From positions 62,001 through 126,000 of IMG/VR virus record IMGVR_UViG_3300017786_003484: a DNA stretch of 64,000 bases. One strand, 5' to 3'. Shown piece after piece: positions 27,865 to 38,254 of the stretch. The position numbers and the translations under genes were made by a program. The notes under the pieces are model-generated. The model did not search any database. It saw only the letters and a list, made by a program, of their open reading frames with translations, and was not told where the DNA came from. Within the stretch, counting starts at the first letter, position 1. Every line of letters starts with the position of its first letter.

Positions 27865-28053
27865 ATGAAATTTAAAAAACGTGAATTAACAGACCTCGAG
27901 AACCGTCTGGTGGCTTTAGCTACGATACCTACATCTTTAGGAATATATTATCTATTTCTTTTGTATATAATACCTTGGTTGTATGAACAATGGCCTATAT
28001 TACAACATTACTTTTCAATGAAAATAGATCAAAACGGAATACATTTCTCTTGA
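27865..28053 (+). CDS. Small single-pass membrane protein
   Basis: 62 aa with hydrophobic LVALATIPTSLGIYYLFLLYIIPWL. Confidence 0.55.
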   Translation: MKFKKRELTDLENRLVALATIPTSLGIYYLFLLYIIPWLYEQWPILQHYFSMKIDQNGIHFS

Positions 28054-28078
28054 CATTCACCCAATAATATACTATAAT
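28050..28078 (+). promoter_or_regulatory. Consensus sigma70 promoter, probably leaderless primase mRNA
   Basis: TTGACA-17-TATAAT, 6 nt, ATG 28085. Confidence 0.75.
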
Positions 28079-28084
28079 AGTATT

Positions 28085-29044
28085 ATGAATGTTGTAGAGT
28101 CTACACTCCGAGGTAATCTTCCTCCTTTAAAAACAAATAGTAGCGGTTGGCTGACTATGAATTGTCCTATGTGCATTCACAACGGAGAAAGCCGTCCTGA
28201 TTCAAAAGGAAGAGGCGGTTGGCGTTTTGATAATGACAAAACAGCATACCATTGTTTTAACTGTGGGTATACAACTGGTTGGCGACCTGGAAGTAAGTTA
28301 GGTTTCAAGTTAATTAAGTTGATGCGAATATTAGGCATTGACGAAGCTGAAATACAACGACTTAAAATTTTGTTATGGGATCAAGTTATTGAGGAAGTAG
28401 CAGAAGAAGAACAAGAAGTGTTTAATAAGGAATGGCCAGAAATTCCATATCCTTTTGAACTAACAGATTTAAGAGACGAGGCTGTTGAGTACCTAACAGG
28501 TAGAGGTATATTTGAATTAGCAAAGTGGGAGCAAACAGATCAAATAGGAATGAAACAACGTATTATTTTACCTTATACAGATAATTCAAAAGTAGTTGGT
28601 TATATGGCACGTTGGATAGGCGATCCTCCTAAAGGAACTGCTAAGATGTTAAGAAAGTCTCCAGATGAATTTGTTTTTAATTTAGATAAGCAACCAAAGA
28701 AACGTAAATATACAATAGTATGCGAAGGTGAATATGATGCCTTAGCAATAGGCGGTGTTGCCATACTATCTAATAAAATTAGCAAATATCAAGCACAACT
28801 AATTGAGGATTTAGATACAGAACCGGTAATGTTAGCAGACAAAGATCCAGGTGGCAAGTCGTTAGTTGAAGATGCAATTAACTTAGGATGGAATGTTAGT
28901 TTTCCAGACTGGCCAGCAGGAATAAAAGATGCAAATGAGGCAATATTGCATTTTGGAAGAGTAGCAACCTTGCAAAGTATATTAATGGCGATTGAACACT
29001 CGCCTTTGAAGGTTAAATTATTAATGAGGAGATGGTGTGTATAG
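28085..29044 (+). CDS. DNA primase (Zn ribbon + TOPRIM), gp61/DnaG-like
   Basis: CPMC...HCFNCG zinc ribbon; IVCEGEYDALAI, LADKDPGG, KDANE TOPRIM motifs. Confidence 0.9.
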   Translation: MNVVESTLRGNLPPLKTNSSGWLTMNCPMCIHNGESRPDSKGRGGWRFDNDKTAYHCFNCGYTTGWRPGSKLGFKLIKLMRILGIDEAEIQRLKILLWDQVIEEVAEEEQEVFNKEWPEIPYPFELTDLRDEAVEYLTGRGIFELAKWEQTDQIGMKQRIILPYTDNSKVVGYMARWIGDPPKGTAKMLRKSPDEFVFNLDKQPKKRKYTIVCEGEYDALAIGGVAILSNKISKYQAQLIEDLDTEPVMLADKDPGGKSLVEDAINLGWNVSFPDWPAGIKDANEAILHFGRVATLQSILMAIEHSPLKVKLLMRRWCV

Positions 29045-29270
29045 TTTAACGTTGATCTGGAAAGAAGGACAAAATGATAATGCCTTTTGGGAAGAGGTAA
29101 TCTTATGGATGACTACAGAATTTGGGTTACCCTCATATAAAGTAAGTAATTGGAAGGCTAGACCAATAACACGTTGGGCATATCAATCATCGCTAGACGA
29201 GATGAGATTTAAATTCCGTAATAAAGAAGACCAAATGTTAGCAAAACTTAGATGGGGCAATGATGGCTGA
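29037..29270 (+). CDS. Small hypothetical protein
   Basis: 77 aa; RFKFRNKEDQMLAKLRW; coupled between primase and helicase. Confidence 0.65.
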   Translation: MYSLTLIWKEGQNDNAFWEEVILWMTTEFGLPSYKVSNWKARPITRWAYQSSLDEMRFKFRNKEDQMLAKLRWGNDG

Positions 29271-30657
29271 AGATGAAATTAAAGAATATAGTTACGAATT
29301 ACAGAAACTTTTTTTAGAGTTTCTTATTTCTAGCAGGGACTTGGCGGCTAGGTGTAATAATGTATTAGATCCAGAATACTTTGATCGTAGATTGCGACCA
29401 GCGGCAAAATTTATTAAAGAATACATTACAGAACATAGTAACGTACCTGATGCAAAACAACTTTCAGCAATTACTACTATAGAAATACAGGAAATTGGCG
29501 ATAAAGCAGAAGAACATAAAAATTGGTTCTTAGATGAGTTTGAAGGATTTTCTAGACATAAAGCACTAGAAGGTGCAATTTTAACTAGTGCTGATTTGCT
29601 TGAAAAAAGTAATTATGGAGAGGTTGAAAATTTAATTAAGTCCGCAGTACAGGTTGGCCTTCCAAAAACATTTGGCACAAATTACTTTGAAAATCCTAAG
29701 TCCAGATTAGAAGGGCTTAAAGATGCAAATGGACAGTTAACAACCGGTTGGGCAACTGTTGATAATAAGCTATATGGTGGATTTAATAGAGGAGAACTAA
29801 ACATTTTTGCAGGTGCATCTGGTGCTGGTAAGAGTTTGTTTCTGCAGAACTTAGGATTAAACTGGGCAAAAGCAGGATTGAATACTGTCTACTTTAGTTT
29901 GGAGTTAAGTGAGGGGTTGTGTTCTATGAGAATGGATGCAATGCTAACCGGAACATCTACTAGAGATGTTTACAAGAAAATTGATGATATTGATTTAAAA
30001 GTTCGCATGATTGGAAAGAAAGCAGGATGTTTACAGATTGTACAGTTACCAAATAGTGTTACTGCCAACGATCTATTAGCATGGATTAGAGAGTTTCAAA
30101 CACAAAGGAAAGTACAAGTTGATGCAATACTTGTAGATTACTTAGACTTAATGATGCCAGCAGGACAAAAAATTAGTGTTGCTGATTTATATATTAAAGA
30201 TAAGATTGTTAGTGAGGAATTGAGAAACTTAGCAGTTACTGAAAATCTATTATTTGCAACTGCATCGCAGTTAAACAGAAGTGCAGTAGAAAGTGTTGAA
30301 TTTGACCATAGTATGATTGCTGGTGGTTTAAGTAAGATACAAACAGCAGATAATGTGTTTGGTATCTATAGCACTCCTAGTATGCGAGAAAGAAATAGAG
30401 TACAACTACAGTTTATGAAGACAAGAAGCAGTAGTGCAGTAGGACAAAAACTTGAATTAGACTTTGATCCAACAACATTACTAATTTCTGATTTAGCAGA
30501 AGATGCTGAACCGGTTGCAAGTTCAGCAACTACGGTGTTTAATAAATTGCATAAAACATCTAGTACAATAGTTTCGCCAGCAGAGCAACCACAAGCAACA
30601 TCTTCTTCTGTTAATAGGGATAAACTTAGAGGATTAGGATTAACGAGAGATGTCTAA
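29260..30657 (+). CDS. Replicative DnaB-like helicase (gp41-like)
   Basis: FAGASGAGKS, YFSLELSE, ILVDYLDLM, ELRNLA, ATASQLNRSA, GGLSKIQTADNVF, MKTRSS. Confidence 0.93.
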   Translation: MMAEDEIKEYSYELQKLFLEFLISSRDLAARCNNVLDPEYFDRRLRPAAKFIKEYITEHSNVPDAKQLSAITTIEIQEIGDKAEEHKNWFLDEFEGFSRHKALEGAILTSADLLEKSNYGEVENLIKSAVQVGLPKTFGTNYFENPKSRLEGLKDANGQLTTGWATVDNKLYGGFNRGELNIFAGASGAGKSLFLQNLGLNWAKAGLNTVYFSLELSEGLCSMRMDAMLTGTSTRDVYKKIDDIDLKVRMIGKKAGCLQIVQLPNSVTANDLLAWIREFQTQRKVQVDAILVDYLDLMMPAGQKISVADLYIKDKIVSEELRNLAVTENLLFATASQLNRSAVESVEFDHSMIAGGLSKIQTADNVFGIYSTPSMRERNRVQLQFMKTRSSSAVGQKLELDFDPTTLLISDLAEDAEPVASSATTVFNKLHKTSSTIVSPAEQPQATSSSVNRDKLRGLGLTRDV

Positions 30658-31140
30658 ATTTTCTTTTTCATCTCTTGGCGGAATAACATCTGGAGTTTCT
30701 TCAGCAGTCTCACCGTCATCAAATTCTACATTTGGATCGTCTTTAGCATCTGATGTTGCAGATAGGTTATAATTCTGAATGGTATTTCTTAATCTAATAG
30801 TTAATGCGGCATCATCAGCAATAATATCAGCCATTGCTATAAAAGCAACTGTAATTAATTTCATTTCGCTTGTTCCCATAGGAGCACCACTTCGCATTTT
30901 GTTTAGTGCTTGTACAAACCTAGATTGTAATTCATCACTAACTAAAGGTCTTAATGTAATTTTTAAGCGATTTAATTCAGTAGTAGTAATGTCATGGGAT
31001 ACATTGCCTGTTGTTTTTGATACTTTTTCCTTAGGAGGATTGTTACCAACTGATCCGTCAGCACCTGGTGTTGACGAAAAATCTTCGTTAATAACAGATA
31101 AACGATTAATAAATTCACGTATTTCTTGGGCAGATGTCAT
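30640..31140 (-). CDS. Hypothetical late protein, probable internal head protein
   Basis: SD TAGGAG, TAAATA on - strand at 31165-31170, VINE-D site near N-terminus. Confidence 0.65.
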   Translation of the reverse strand: MTSAQEIREFINRLSVINEDFSSTPGADGSVGNNPPKEKVSKTTGNVSHDITTTELNRLKITLRPLVSDELQSRFVQALNKMRSGAPMGTSEMKLITVAFIAMADIIADDAALTIRLRNTIQNYNLSATSDAKDDPNVEFDDGETAEETPDVIPPRDEKENLDISR

Positions 31141-31164
31141 GTTTTCAAATGTCTCCTATGAATG

Positions 31165-31179
31165 TATTTACCATAAATA
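31165..31179. promoter_or_regulatory. Back-to-back late-type promoters
   Basis: TATTTA-CCA-TAAATA between divergent genes starting at 31140 (-) and 31188 (+). Confidence 0.55.
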
Positions 31180-31187
31180 GAGTTACT

Positions 31188-31442
31188 ATGCAAATAAAAA
31201 CTAAATCAATTCTAGAAGAAATTACAACGATTGTTCCTAAAAAGGACAAGCATTTAATGGTAGAAGGTCTTGCAGTACAAGCTCTTGCTAGAATATCAAA
31301 CTTGATGAGGGTCATTGAAACTTCATATCCGCCGGATCAAGCACAAGATTTAACTAGACGTTTGCAACTAGCTATTAAAAATGGAGATCCTAAGAAGTTC
31401 ACTCGAGGTGTTAGGATAATTAAAGAAAACGAAAATAAATAA
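31188..31442 (+). CDS. Hypothetical protein
   Basis: Likely start ATG 31188 (MQIKTKSILEEI). Confidence 0.65.
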   Translation: MQIKTKSILEEITTIVPKKDKHLMVEGLAVQALARISNLMRVIETSYPPDQAQDLTRRLQLAIKNGDPKKFTRGVRIIKENENK

Positions 31443-31447
31443 ACAAA

Positions 31448-32728
31448 ATGAAGATTAAAGACTTAAATGAAAATGATAACTTTCAGATTGACGAAGGCGT
31501 ATTTGGCGATTTAGCAAAACGAGTAGTTAACAAAACAAAAGATGTTGCTAACGGTGTTGGACTTGCTGTTCGCGGACAAGGAGCCAACGAGTTTGCTAAA
31601 CTTACTAACCTAATTGATCAAAAAGCAGTACAGATGTTTAATACTGCTAGACCAGGCGAAAAAGATGCAACTGGTAAAGACTTACCTTTAGGTGATATCG
31701 TAAAGATGGTTGGTAAAGCAATTATGCAGGCAACTAACAATGCAGTTGGTACAAAACAGTTATTAGTTTATATCAAAGAAAATAAAAGAGAAATTATTAA
31801 GAACGTTAATGTAGCAGATAGAGGCGCCGCTGGAGCAGATCAAATGATTCAGTTAATGTTACAAGGTGGTAGTGCTACAGCACCTGAAGGCTTTGGTGTT
31901 GAAGAATGTGTTAGATCAATTTCATTGATTTTTTCTGTTACATTTTTACATATGCAAATCGAAATGGGACAACCTGGACAAGATCAACAGGCAGGCGGAC
32001 CTACACAAACACCAAGTGAAGCTGAAAAGGCAATGGATGATAACCCAGAGTACCAAACAGAATTAAAAACATTCGAACAATTAACTACTAAACTTGCCGG
32101 AGAGTTATATACACCTGGTAATGCATTCTTAGCAAACATACAAGCAAATAATGAATTTCCTGCAAAGCAAGAAGCATTTATTGTTGGATATGCAACAGCC
32201 GTTAAAGCAAAATACTTTAATGCAGATTTAAAAGCATTGGAAACTGCCGCAAACTCAACTACACCAGAATCAGTTATTGACGACAACCAATGGAGAGCAT
32301 CTTTCTTTGGACATATTTCTCCGCAAGTAGCTCAGCAAGTACAACAAAATGCAGACGTTACATCAGCAATACAAACTTTTAAAAATGATTTAGATTCTAT
32401 TACTACTTCTTTTGCTAAATTAGCATTTATTGAAAAGACAGCAAACGAAGTAGCAAATGTTGACGCAACAATGAAAAAATTAATTGACTGGGTTGAAAAA
32501 GCAATTTCGCTTATTAAGACATTACAATTAGGTAAAGCAGGCGGAGGAGCAACAAGTGCTACAACACCACAAGCTGGTAAACCTGATGACGAAGAAGTTT
32601 CTAGTACTACTCAAGGTGGTCCAATGGACGATCCAAATCTACCTAACTGGGAAAAGGTTAAAATGGGATATGATGCATTAGATGCACAAGGGCAAGAAGC
32701 ATTAGTAAAGGCATTGTTTAACAAATGA
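31448..32728 (+). CDS. Hypothetical, probable internal head protein
   Basis: Starts MKIKDLNEND...IDEG; Ala/Gln-rich. Confidence 0.7.
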   Translation: MKIKDLNENDNFQIDEGVFGDLAKRVVNKTKDVANGVGLAVRGQGANEFAKLTNLIDQKAVQMFNTARPGEKDATGKDLPLGDIVKMVGKAIMQATNNAVGTKQLLVYIKENKREIIKNVNVADRGAAGADQMIQLMLQGGSATAPEGFGVEECVRSISLIFSVTFLHMQIEMGQPGQDQQAGGPTQTPSEAEKAMDDNPEYQTELKTFEQLTTKLAGELYTPGNAFLANIQANNEFPAKQEAFIVGYATAVKAKYFNADLKALETAANSTTPESVIDDNQWRASFFGHISPQVAQQVQQNADVTSAIQTFKNDLDSITTSFAKLAFIEKTANEVANVDATMKKLIDWVEKAISLIKTLQLGKAGGGATSATTPQAGKPDDEEVSSTTQGGPMDDPNLPNWEKVKMGYDALDAQGQEALVKALFNK

Positions 32729-34344
32729 AAATAAAAAATATAAACAAAAGAACAGCATTACTTGAAAGTGTATGTTATGATTTAGATAAAGAGCAACGAT
32801 ATATTGTTGAAGGAGTAGTATCAGCCTGGGACGATTTACTTGAGGTTGAGTTAAGACAAGATCAAATCAATAACTTATTTCCTTTAGTACAAAAGTTATC
32901 AGACGAAACAGGTAAAAATAGAACGGCAGTAGGATTAACAAAAGATAAAATTGTAGATACAACAAAAGCCGCCAATGAATATTTAAATAAAGTTGGAAAA
33001 TTATTACAAGATACAAAACCAGTAGAAAATTTTGATAATAAATTTGAAAAATTAAAAACAGATATTAAAACTAAACTAGGTGCAGATAGCAAAATTACTA
33101 CTGGGATAGAAAATTTAGGCAAATATGCTAAAATGAACCCTGGTAAAACAGCATTCGCTATTGGTGTTATGACTGCCTTAGTTGGTATTTCAACTGGTGG
33201 AAGTGCAATAGCTATTGGTGTTGCCGCTACACTCTTAAAAGGTTCTGTTGAAGTACTCAAAGGAGAGAAATTATCTACCGCTGTTGGAAAAGGATTAAAG
33301 ACAGGTGTTATTTCTGGACTTGCCGCAGGTGCATTTAATGCAGTTGGCGATTGGTTGTCAGGTTTACAGGCAGAGGTTGTACCATTTGAAGGATTAGATC
33401 AAATTACTTTTGATGTATCAGGTACAGATGTAATGCCAGGATTTGAATGGAAAGGCTCTATGAGTTTTGAGAATCTAACCGTTCTTCCTTCTGATGCAGA
33501 TTTAGCTGGACAGTTAGTAGCAGAGTTTGCTAAAGGAGATGCATCAGCATTTGATGCCTTAGCAGAATTGGCAAAGAAGTCGTTTACACCAGAGTATACA
33601 GAGCAAATGGCACAATTTGTATCAAATGCAAAAGACATTGCTTTACAAAATGATGCAACTTATCAAGCCATTGTACAAATTCAACAAGGAATAGCATCAG
33701 CCGCCGGCGGTGCAGTAGCAGGTAAGAGTGTAAGTGATGATAGAGGAGAAGATCAACAAGAGTTATTTCAATCGTATACTAATAATGGAATTTTATTAAC
33801 AGAAAGAAGAATTGAAAGATTGTTTGATACTGTAGGGTATTACAATACAAATCCAAATATTGAATTTTTAGGCGAAGGACCAGTTTGGGATACCATTAAG
33901 AAAGATGCTATTGCAAAAGCAAAAGAACTTGCTAAGCCAACTGTAGATAAAGCTAAAACAGTTAGCGGAAATACAATGAATGTTGTTACAGCAGATAAAC
34001 TTAAAAAAGCATGGAAGACAGCAGGAAGTCCAACTGACAGTGAAGTGCTTGCAAGGTTCTTAGAAAAAAATAAAGTATCTCCTGACGTTATTGCAAGTGC
34101 CTATAAAGATTTAAAACTTCCAGATCCAAATGACGATTCGTCACCAGAAGAAAAAGAAGAGAAGGAGTTAGCACTCCGTAAAACTCCACAGATGAAAGAC
34201 GGACAATATGAGTTAGATCTTGCTTCATTGCCACCAGCAGTAAGGCAAGCAACAAGCAATTTATGGGACGAGTTTAATAAACTTACTCCACAGGAACAAG
34301 AAAAGTTTAAAGCAGATCTAAAGAAATCGGAAAATATAACATGA
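32725..34344 (+). CDS. Hypothetical protein with central hydrophobic Gly/Ala segment, probable ejected head protein
   Basis: MKIKNINK..LLES start; FAIGVMTALVGISTGGSAIAIGVAATLL potential membrane hairpin. Confidence 0.7.
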   Translation: MKIKNINKRTALLESVCYDLDKEQRYIVEGVVSAWDDLLEVELRQDQINNLFPLVQKLSDETGKNRTAVGLTKDKIVDTTKAANEYLNKVGKLLQDTKPVENFDNKFEKLKTDIKTKLGADSKITTGIENLGKYAKMNPGKTAFAIGVMTALVGISTGGSAIAIGVAATLLKGSVEVLKGEKLSTAVGKGLKTGVISGLAAGAFNAVGDWLSGLQAEVVPFEGLDQITFDVSGTDVMPGFEWKGSMSFENLTVLPSDADLAGQLVAEFAKGDASAFDALAELAKKSFTPEYTEQMAQFVSNAKDIALQNDATYQAIVQIQQGIASAAGGAVAGKSVSDDRGEDQQELFQSYTNNGILLTERRIERLFDTVGYYNTNPNIEFLGEGPVWDTIKKDAIAKAKELAKPTVDKAKTVSGNTMNVVTADKLKKAWKTAGSPTDSEVLARFLEKNKVSPDVIASAYKDLKLPDPNDDSSPEEKEEKELALRKTPQMKDGQYELDLASLPPAVRQATSNLWDEFNKLTPQEQEKFKADLKKSENIT

Positions 34345-35513
34345 AGATAAATGAAGTTATAATACAACATAAAAAAGTAATAACAGAAGCAAAAGCAAGA
34401 ATTGATCATCCTGAAGATATTATCTTTGATGACAACGGAACACAAGGTGCAATGAGAGCTCTTGATGCGATGGTACATGCTTCGCAAAATCACGGAGAGA
34501 CAACTTCAATCAAATGGGACGGAAGCCCAGCAGTAATTTTTGGATGGATGGATAAAAATTCTTTTATTGTAACAGATAAAGCAGGCATGGGTGCAAAGAA
34601 ATATAACGGAAAGCCTACTAGTGCCGCAGATGTACAGTCTATGATTTTTAACAGAAGGCCAGACGAAGAAGGTAGGCAGTATTATGCAAATAAGTTTGCA
34701 AGCATATATGAACTGTTAAAGAAGGCAACTCCAAAGAGTCTAGTTGGCCAAATGATACAAGGTGATTTACTTTATATGAGTGCTGATGATATTGTTCATA
34801 CAGACGAAGATGTTACATTTGGTCCAGTTAAAGTTAGATATACAATTGACAAAGATAATCCAGTAGGTGCTAGAATTGCCAAAAGCCAATGTGGTATAGC
34901 AGTACATAGTGTTTATGATTCTGTTGAATCTGCTAGTGCCGCAGACGGAGAACCATCACCGGTAACTCCTAAATCTTTAGGATTGAAGGATAGTCCAAAA
35001 TTAGTAATATTTGGTCCAGAAACACAGATACCAACAGATACTGAAATTTCATTACCGATGTCAGAAGTAGAATCCTTAAGAAACTTAATTAAAAGCGGTC
35101 CAGCACAACTAATTGATGATATGTTAGATCCGTTTACTATGGGTAGTCTTAAAATAGCAAACTTACCAGAATTATTTAAAAAGTTTGTAAACTTTAAAGC
35201 CAGAGGCGGAGAAGATATTGGCTCTGCACCTGAATTAGCAAATGAATTTATCAAATGGATCGAAGGTCCAGCAGGATTAACAGACAATAAGAAGAAAAAT
35301 GTGTTATCGCACCTAGAACAATATAAAGCACCTTTTGAAATGGCTTGGCGTATTGTTTCTGCACTAAGTAATATAAAGCATACAATTAAGGATCAGTTAG
35401 ATACTCATGTAACTGGAATTAGAACAAACAAAGGCCACGAAGGTTTTGTATCTGCTACACCGCATGGTAAGATTAAATTTGTTAATCGACCAAACTTTAT
35501 GAAGAAGGACTAA
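34341..35513 (+). CDS. RNA-ligase-like covalent nucleotidyltransferase (DUF6267-like)
   Basis: ARIDHPED, SIKWDGSPAVIFG (motif I KxDG), IQGDLLY, HEGFV (motif IV), KIKFVNR (motif V). Confidence 0.65.
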   Translation: MKINEVIIQHKKVITEAKARIDHPEDIIFDDNGTQGAMRALDAMVHASQNHGETTSIKWDGSPAVIFGWMDKNSFIVTDKAGMGAKKYNGKPTSAADVQSMIFNRRPDEEGRQYYANKFASIYELLKKATPKSLVGQMIQGDLLYMSADDIVHTDEDVTFGPVKVRYTIDKDNPVGARIAKSQCGIAVHSVYDSVESASAADGEPSPVTPKSLGLKDSPKLVIFGPETQIPTDTEISLPMSEVESLRNLIKSGPAQLIDDMLDPFTMGSLKIANLPELFKKFVNFKARGGEDIGSAPELANEFIKWIEGPAGLTDNKKKNVLSHLEQYKAPFEMAWRIVSALSNIKHTIKDQLDTHVTGIRTNKGHEGFVSATPHGKIKFVNRPNFMKKD

Positions 35514-35517
35514 AGAC

Positions 35518-36351
35518 ATGGCTGAAAAGTATACAGCAACTGAATGGGCAACAATGGAAGGTGGGCATACCGTAGAACCTCTTACAGAAGATTCGTTTTC
35601 TTTTATCAAAGATAATTGTAACGAAAGTAAAATGTTTCGAAACACACATCTTAATTCTTTGACATTAAGAGATGCAGTTGATGCCGCCTTTTTAAATATG
35701 ACAACATTGTATATGTTATCATGTGAATTTGAAACTGCTCCGTTTGCTCAAGATTATGCTAGAAAAAGTATGATATTTGGAAACTTTAGTCAAAGTCGTG
35801 TTAGTTCAACTGATTTATACCAAGCATTACATATGTCAATATACAAAGACACTACACAGGGAGGAAAACTTAAAGCACCTGAGCAAAATGCCGCTTTAAG
35901 AGTTAGACTTCATATCAACGAAAAGATGGTTAAAGACTTTTTAAGAGGTATTGCATCCGGACGTTTAGATAAAACAACTGCAAAAAGACTTATGTATAGG
36001 CTTGAAAGCCAAATGAATATTACTATTAGTAACTATAAAAGTTTACGCAGGTTAATTACAGATTGGGAGCATCTTACTACCTTCCAAAAGCAAACCTGTG
36101 TAACTAGATTACTACAGTATTATAGAACAAGAGGCAGACGTAGTGATATATTTGCAACTCTTTCAACCTTTGCTAATCATAAGTCATGGGAATTAAAAGC
36201 AAAAGATAATGCAGAAGTTAAAGCAGTAGGACCGGCAAACGCAGTACACGGTACTAGTTCTTCTAAAAACTTTATATCAAGTATTGCAAAGGTAGGCGGT
36301 GCTGGAGTAGCAGGTTATGCCGCGGCGAGATTACTTGGCCGACTAAGGTAG
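35518..36351 (+). CDS. Hypothetical protein
   Basis: 277 aa, CNES site, Gly/Ala-rich C-terminus. Confidence 0.7.
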   Translation: MAEKYTATEWATMEGGHTVEPLTEDSFSFIKDNCNESKMFRNTHLNSLTLRDAVDAAFLNMTTLYMLSCEFETAPFAQDYARKSMIFGNFSQSRVSSTDLYQALHMSIYKDTTQGGKLKAPEQNAALRVRLHINEKMVKDFLRGIASGRLDKTTAKRLMYRLESQMNITISNYKSLRRLITDWEHLTTFQKQTCVTRLLQYYRTRGRRSDIFATLSTFANHKSWELKAKDNAEVKAVGPANAVHGTSSSKNFISSIAKVGGAGVAGYAAARLLGRLR

Positions 36352-36355
36352 TAAA

Positions 36356-36781
36356 ATGACAGCAGTTAGTAAAAGATCTTGGAGTATTCCTGGCTCTCAT
36401 TTTGGTGGAGACCCAGAATTCTATTCTTGTTGGACGTTATATGATATAAGCAATGACGAAGGACAATCATCAGAAAATTTAGAAAAACTTATGGGTATTG
36501 CAACAGTAAGATCTCAGCCTATTCTTGCTGGAGTAGAAATGATTATTGACCAAGATATCACAAACGGGCTATTTGGCAGTAAGTTTTCAGGAAAACATAA
36601 TGTATGGACTTACAAATGGATTGTCGACAAAGTAGGTATCATGACAGAAGACACACTTAACAAAGAAGCACATGGACTTACTATGCATGTAGGGTTACAA
36701 GAAACTGCTAAGTTAACTAAGCAGATATATACCAGGGGTGTTAATACAAACATGTTCTTTGTCCGGCATGATTCCTTATAA
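36356..36781 (+). CDS. Hypothetical protein
   Basis: 141 aa in same operon. Confidence 0.65.
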   Translation: MTAVSKRSWSIPGSHFGGDPEFYSCWTLYDISNDEGQSSENLEKLMGIATVRSQPILAGVEMIIDQDITNGLFGSKFSGKHNVWTYKWIVDKVGIMTEDTLNKEAHGLTMHVGLQETAKLTKQIYTRGVNTNMFFVRHDSL

Positions 36782-36916
36782 AGTCATAAATATCTAGTAA
36801 ACAAAAACATAGAATCAAACAACTCATACTGGCTCACATTGGCACTTTACGGACACTAAGCAGACTAACCTGCAAGAGCAACCCAGTCTATATTGCACTC
36901 AGTAAAGATAACAATA

Positions 36917-37213
36917 ATGAATAAAAAAATTAAAGTAGTATCCGGTGAGGCCGAGAATTTACAACTTCATGTTGAGCTATGTGCTGAACGTTATAATCGT
37001 ATGGAAGAGAAATTCACTGGTTTAGAAAACAGATTAGATTATCTCCAAAACGACTTCACAGAATTAAAAGAAAAAGCCGATTCAAATTTTAATGACCTAA
37101 AAGACTTAATCCACCAAACTGCTAATAAGAGATTTAACACCATGGTTACAACTACTGGTACTGTAATTGTTGCCTTAATAGGTATGCTAGGTTATATAAT
37201 TATTAATAACTAG
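36917..37213 (+). CDS. Coiled-coil protein with C-terminal membrane anchor (XhlA/holin-like architecture)
   Basis: HVELCAERY..MEEKF..LENRLD..; C-terminal TGTVIVALIGMLGYIII. Confidence 0.6.
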   Translation: MNKKIKVVSGEAENLQLHVELCAERYNRMEEKFTGLENRLDYLQNDFTELKEKADSNFNDLKDLIHQTANKRFNTMVTTTGTVIVALIGMLGYIIINN

Positions 37214-37227
37214 TATTGGAGGCTTTA

Positions 37228-37548
37228 ATGGAGATTTTAGTAGAATCAAGAATAGTATGGGCAAGATCCGGTAACAAGGTAAAACGTAAAATACGTTGTA
37301 CTACCGGTAAACGTCGTGGCCGTATTGTCAGCACAGTCGGAGCCTGTAATAAAAGAATAGATATTAAAAAGAGGTATATCTTTAAACGTGCAAAGCAACG
37401 TTTTAAGTCTAGAATGTCTATTAAGCGTCAAAGAACAAAACGTTATAATCCAATTTCGAGAAGAGTCAGACGATTAAACAGGCAAAAAGGGCATCGTAAC
37501 CCTATTAGGCCAGGAATTGGACGTAAAACAACGATAAAAAGAAAATAG
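37228..37548 (+). CDS. Extremely basic Arg/Lys-rich protein
   Basis: About 40 R+K in 106 aa; SD GGAGG; ILVE-S site at N-terminus. Confidence 0.7.
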   Translation: MEILVESRIVWARSGNKVKRKIRCTTGKRRGRIVSTVGACNKRIDIKKRYIFKRAKQRFKSRMSIKRQRTKRYNPISRRVRRLNRQKGHRNPIRPGIGRKTTIKRK

Positions 37549-37603
37549 TTATATAGTCTTATTTGGCTAAATAAAACAATAAACAGATACCAGGAGGTTT
37601 AAT

Positions 37604-38254
37604 ATGAAGTTTAACGATATTTCCAATAATACAAGTCCAGCCCAAGCCGCTCGTGACGCATTATTGAAGCAAAGCATTGAGATCGATGAATCAGTTCAAG
37701 GATCCAAGCTAAGAGATCACTTAGGGGATCTACAAAAAGAACTTGATACATTATCAAGCAAAGGTGGAGAAGAATACACTCGTGCAGTTTTACATAAAGC
37801 AGTCTATGAAGATTTAGCAAATGTAGATGCGGAGCCTATTTTTGAAGCAGAGCTTGGTGACGAAGATATTGAGCAAGCAGAAATTATTATTGCCGCTAAC
37901 GGTCTTAGTAAAGAGTTCCAAGGCATGATTGAAGATTGTGCTGATATGCTCGGAAGTGACCTTATTACATTAGTTGATCAGATCAAATCTAAGTTTGGCG
38001 ATGGAGCTGGAGAACAATTTGGCACCTCAATTAGAGATTCATTGCAATCCGCAATGGACGTTCTTACTACAACTAAAGACGGCGTTGACTCTGCTATTAA
38101 TGGACTTAAAGATCCAATGTCTATACCAGCAACTGATGATGCAGGAATGGATGATATGGCAGACACAGGAATGGATGATGAGGCAGTTATGCCTGCTATG
38201 TCCGGACCAGAAGAAGAGCCAACCGGTAGGGAACTAAAGAGTGAACTTGAGTGA
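37604..38254 (+). CDS. Acidic helical protein, probable head core/scaffold component
   Basis: MKFNDI start, IDES and IFEA sites, acidic C-tail; TAAATA at 37568-37573. Confidence 0.65.
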   Translation: MKFNDISNNTSPAQAARDALLKQSIEIDESVQGSKLRDHLGDLQKELDTLSSKGGEEYTRAVLHKAVYEDLANVDAEPIFEAELGDEDIEQAEIIIAANGLSKEFQGMIEDCADMLGSDLITLVDQIKSKFGDGAGEQFGTSIRDSLQSAMDVLTTTKDGVDSAINGLKDPMSIPATDDAGMDDMADTGMDDEAVMPAMSGPEEEPTGRELKSELE

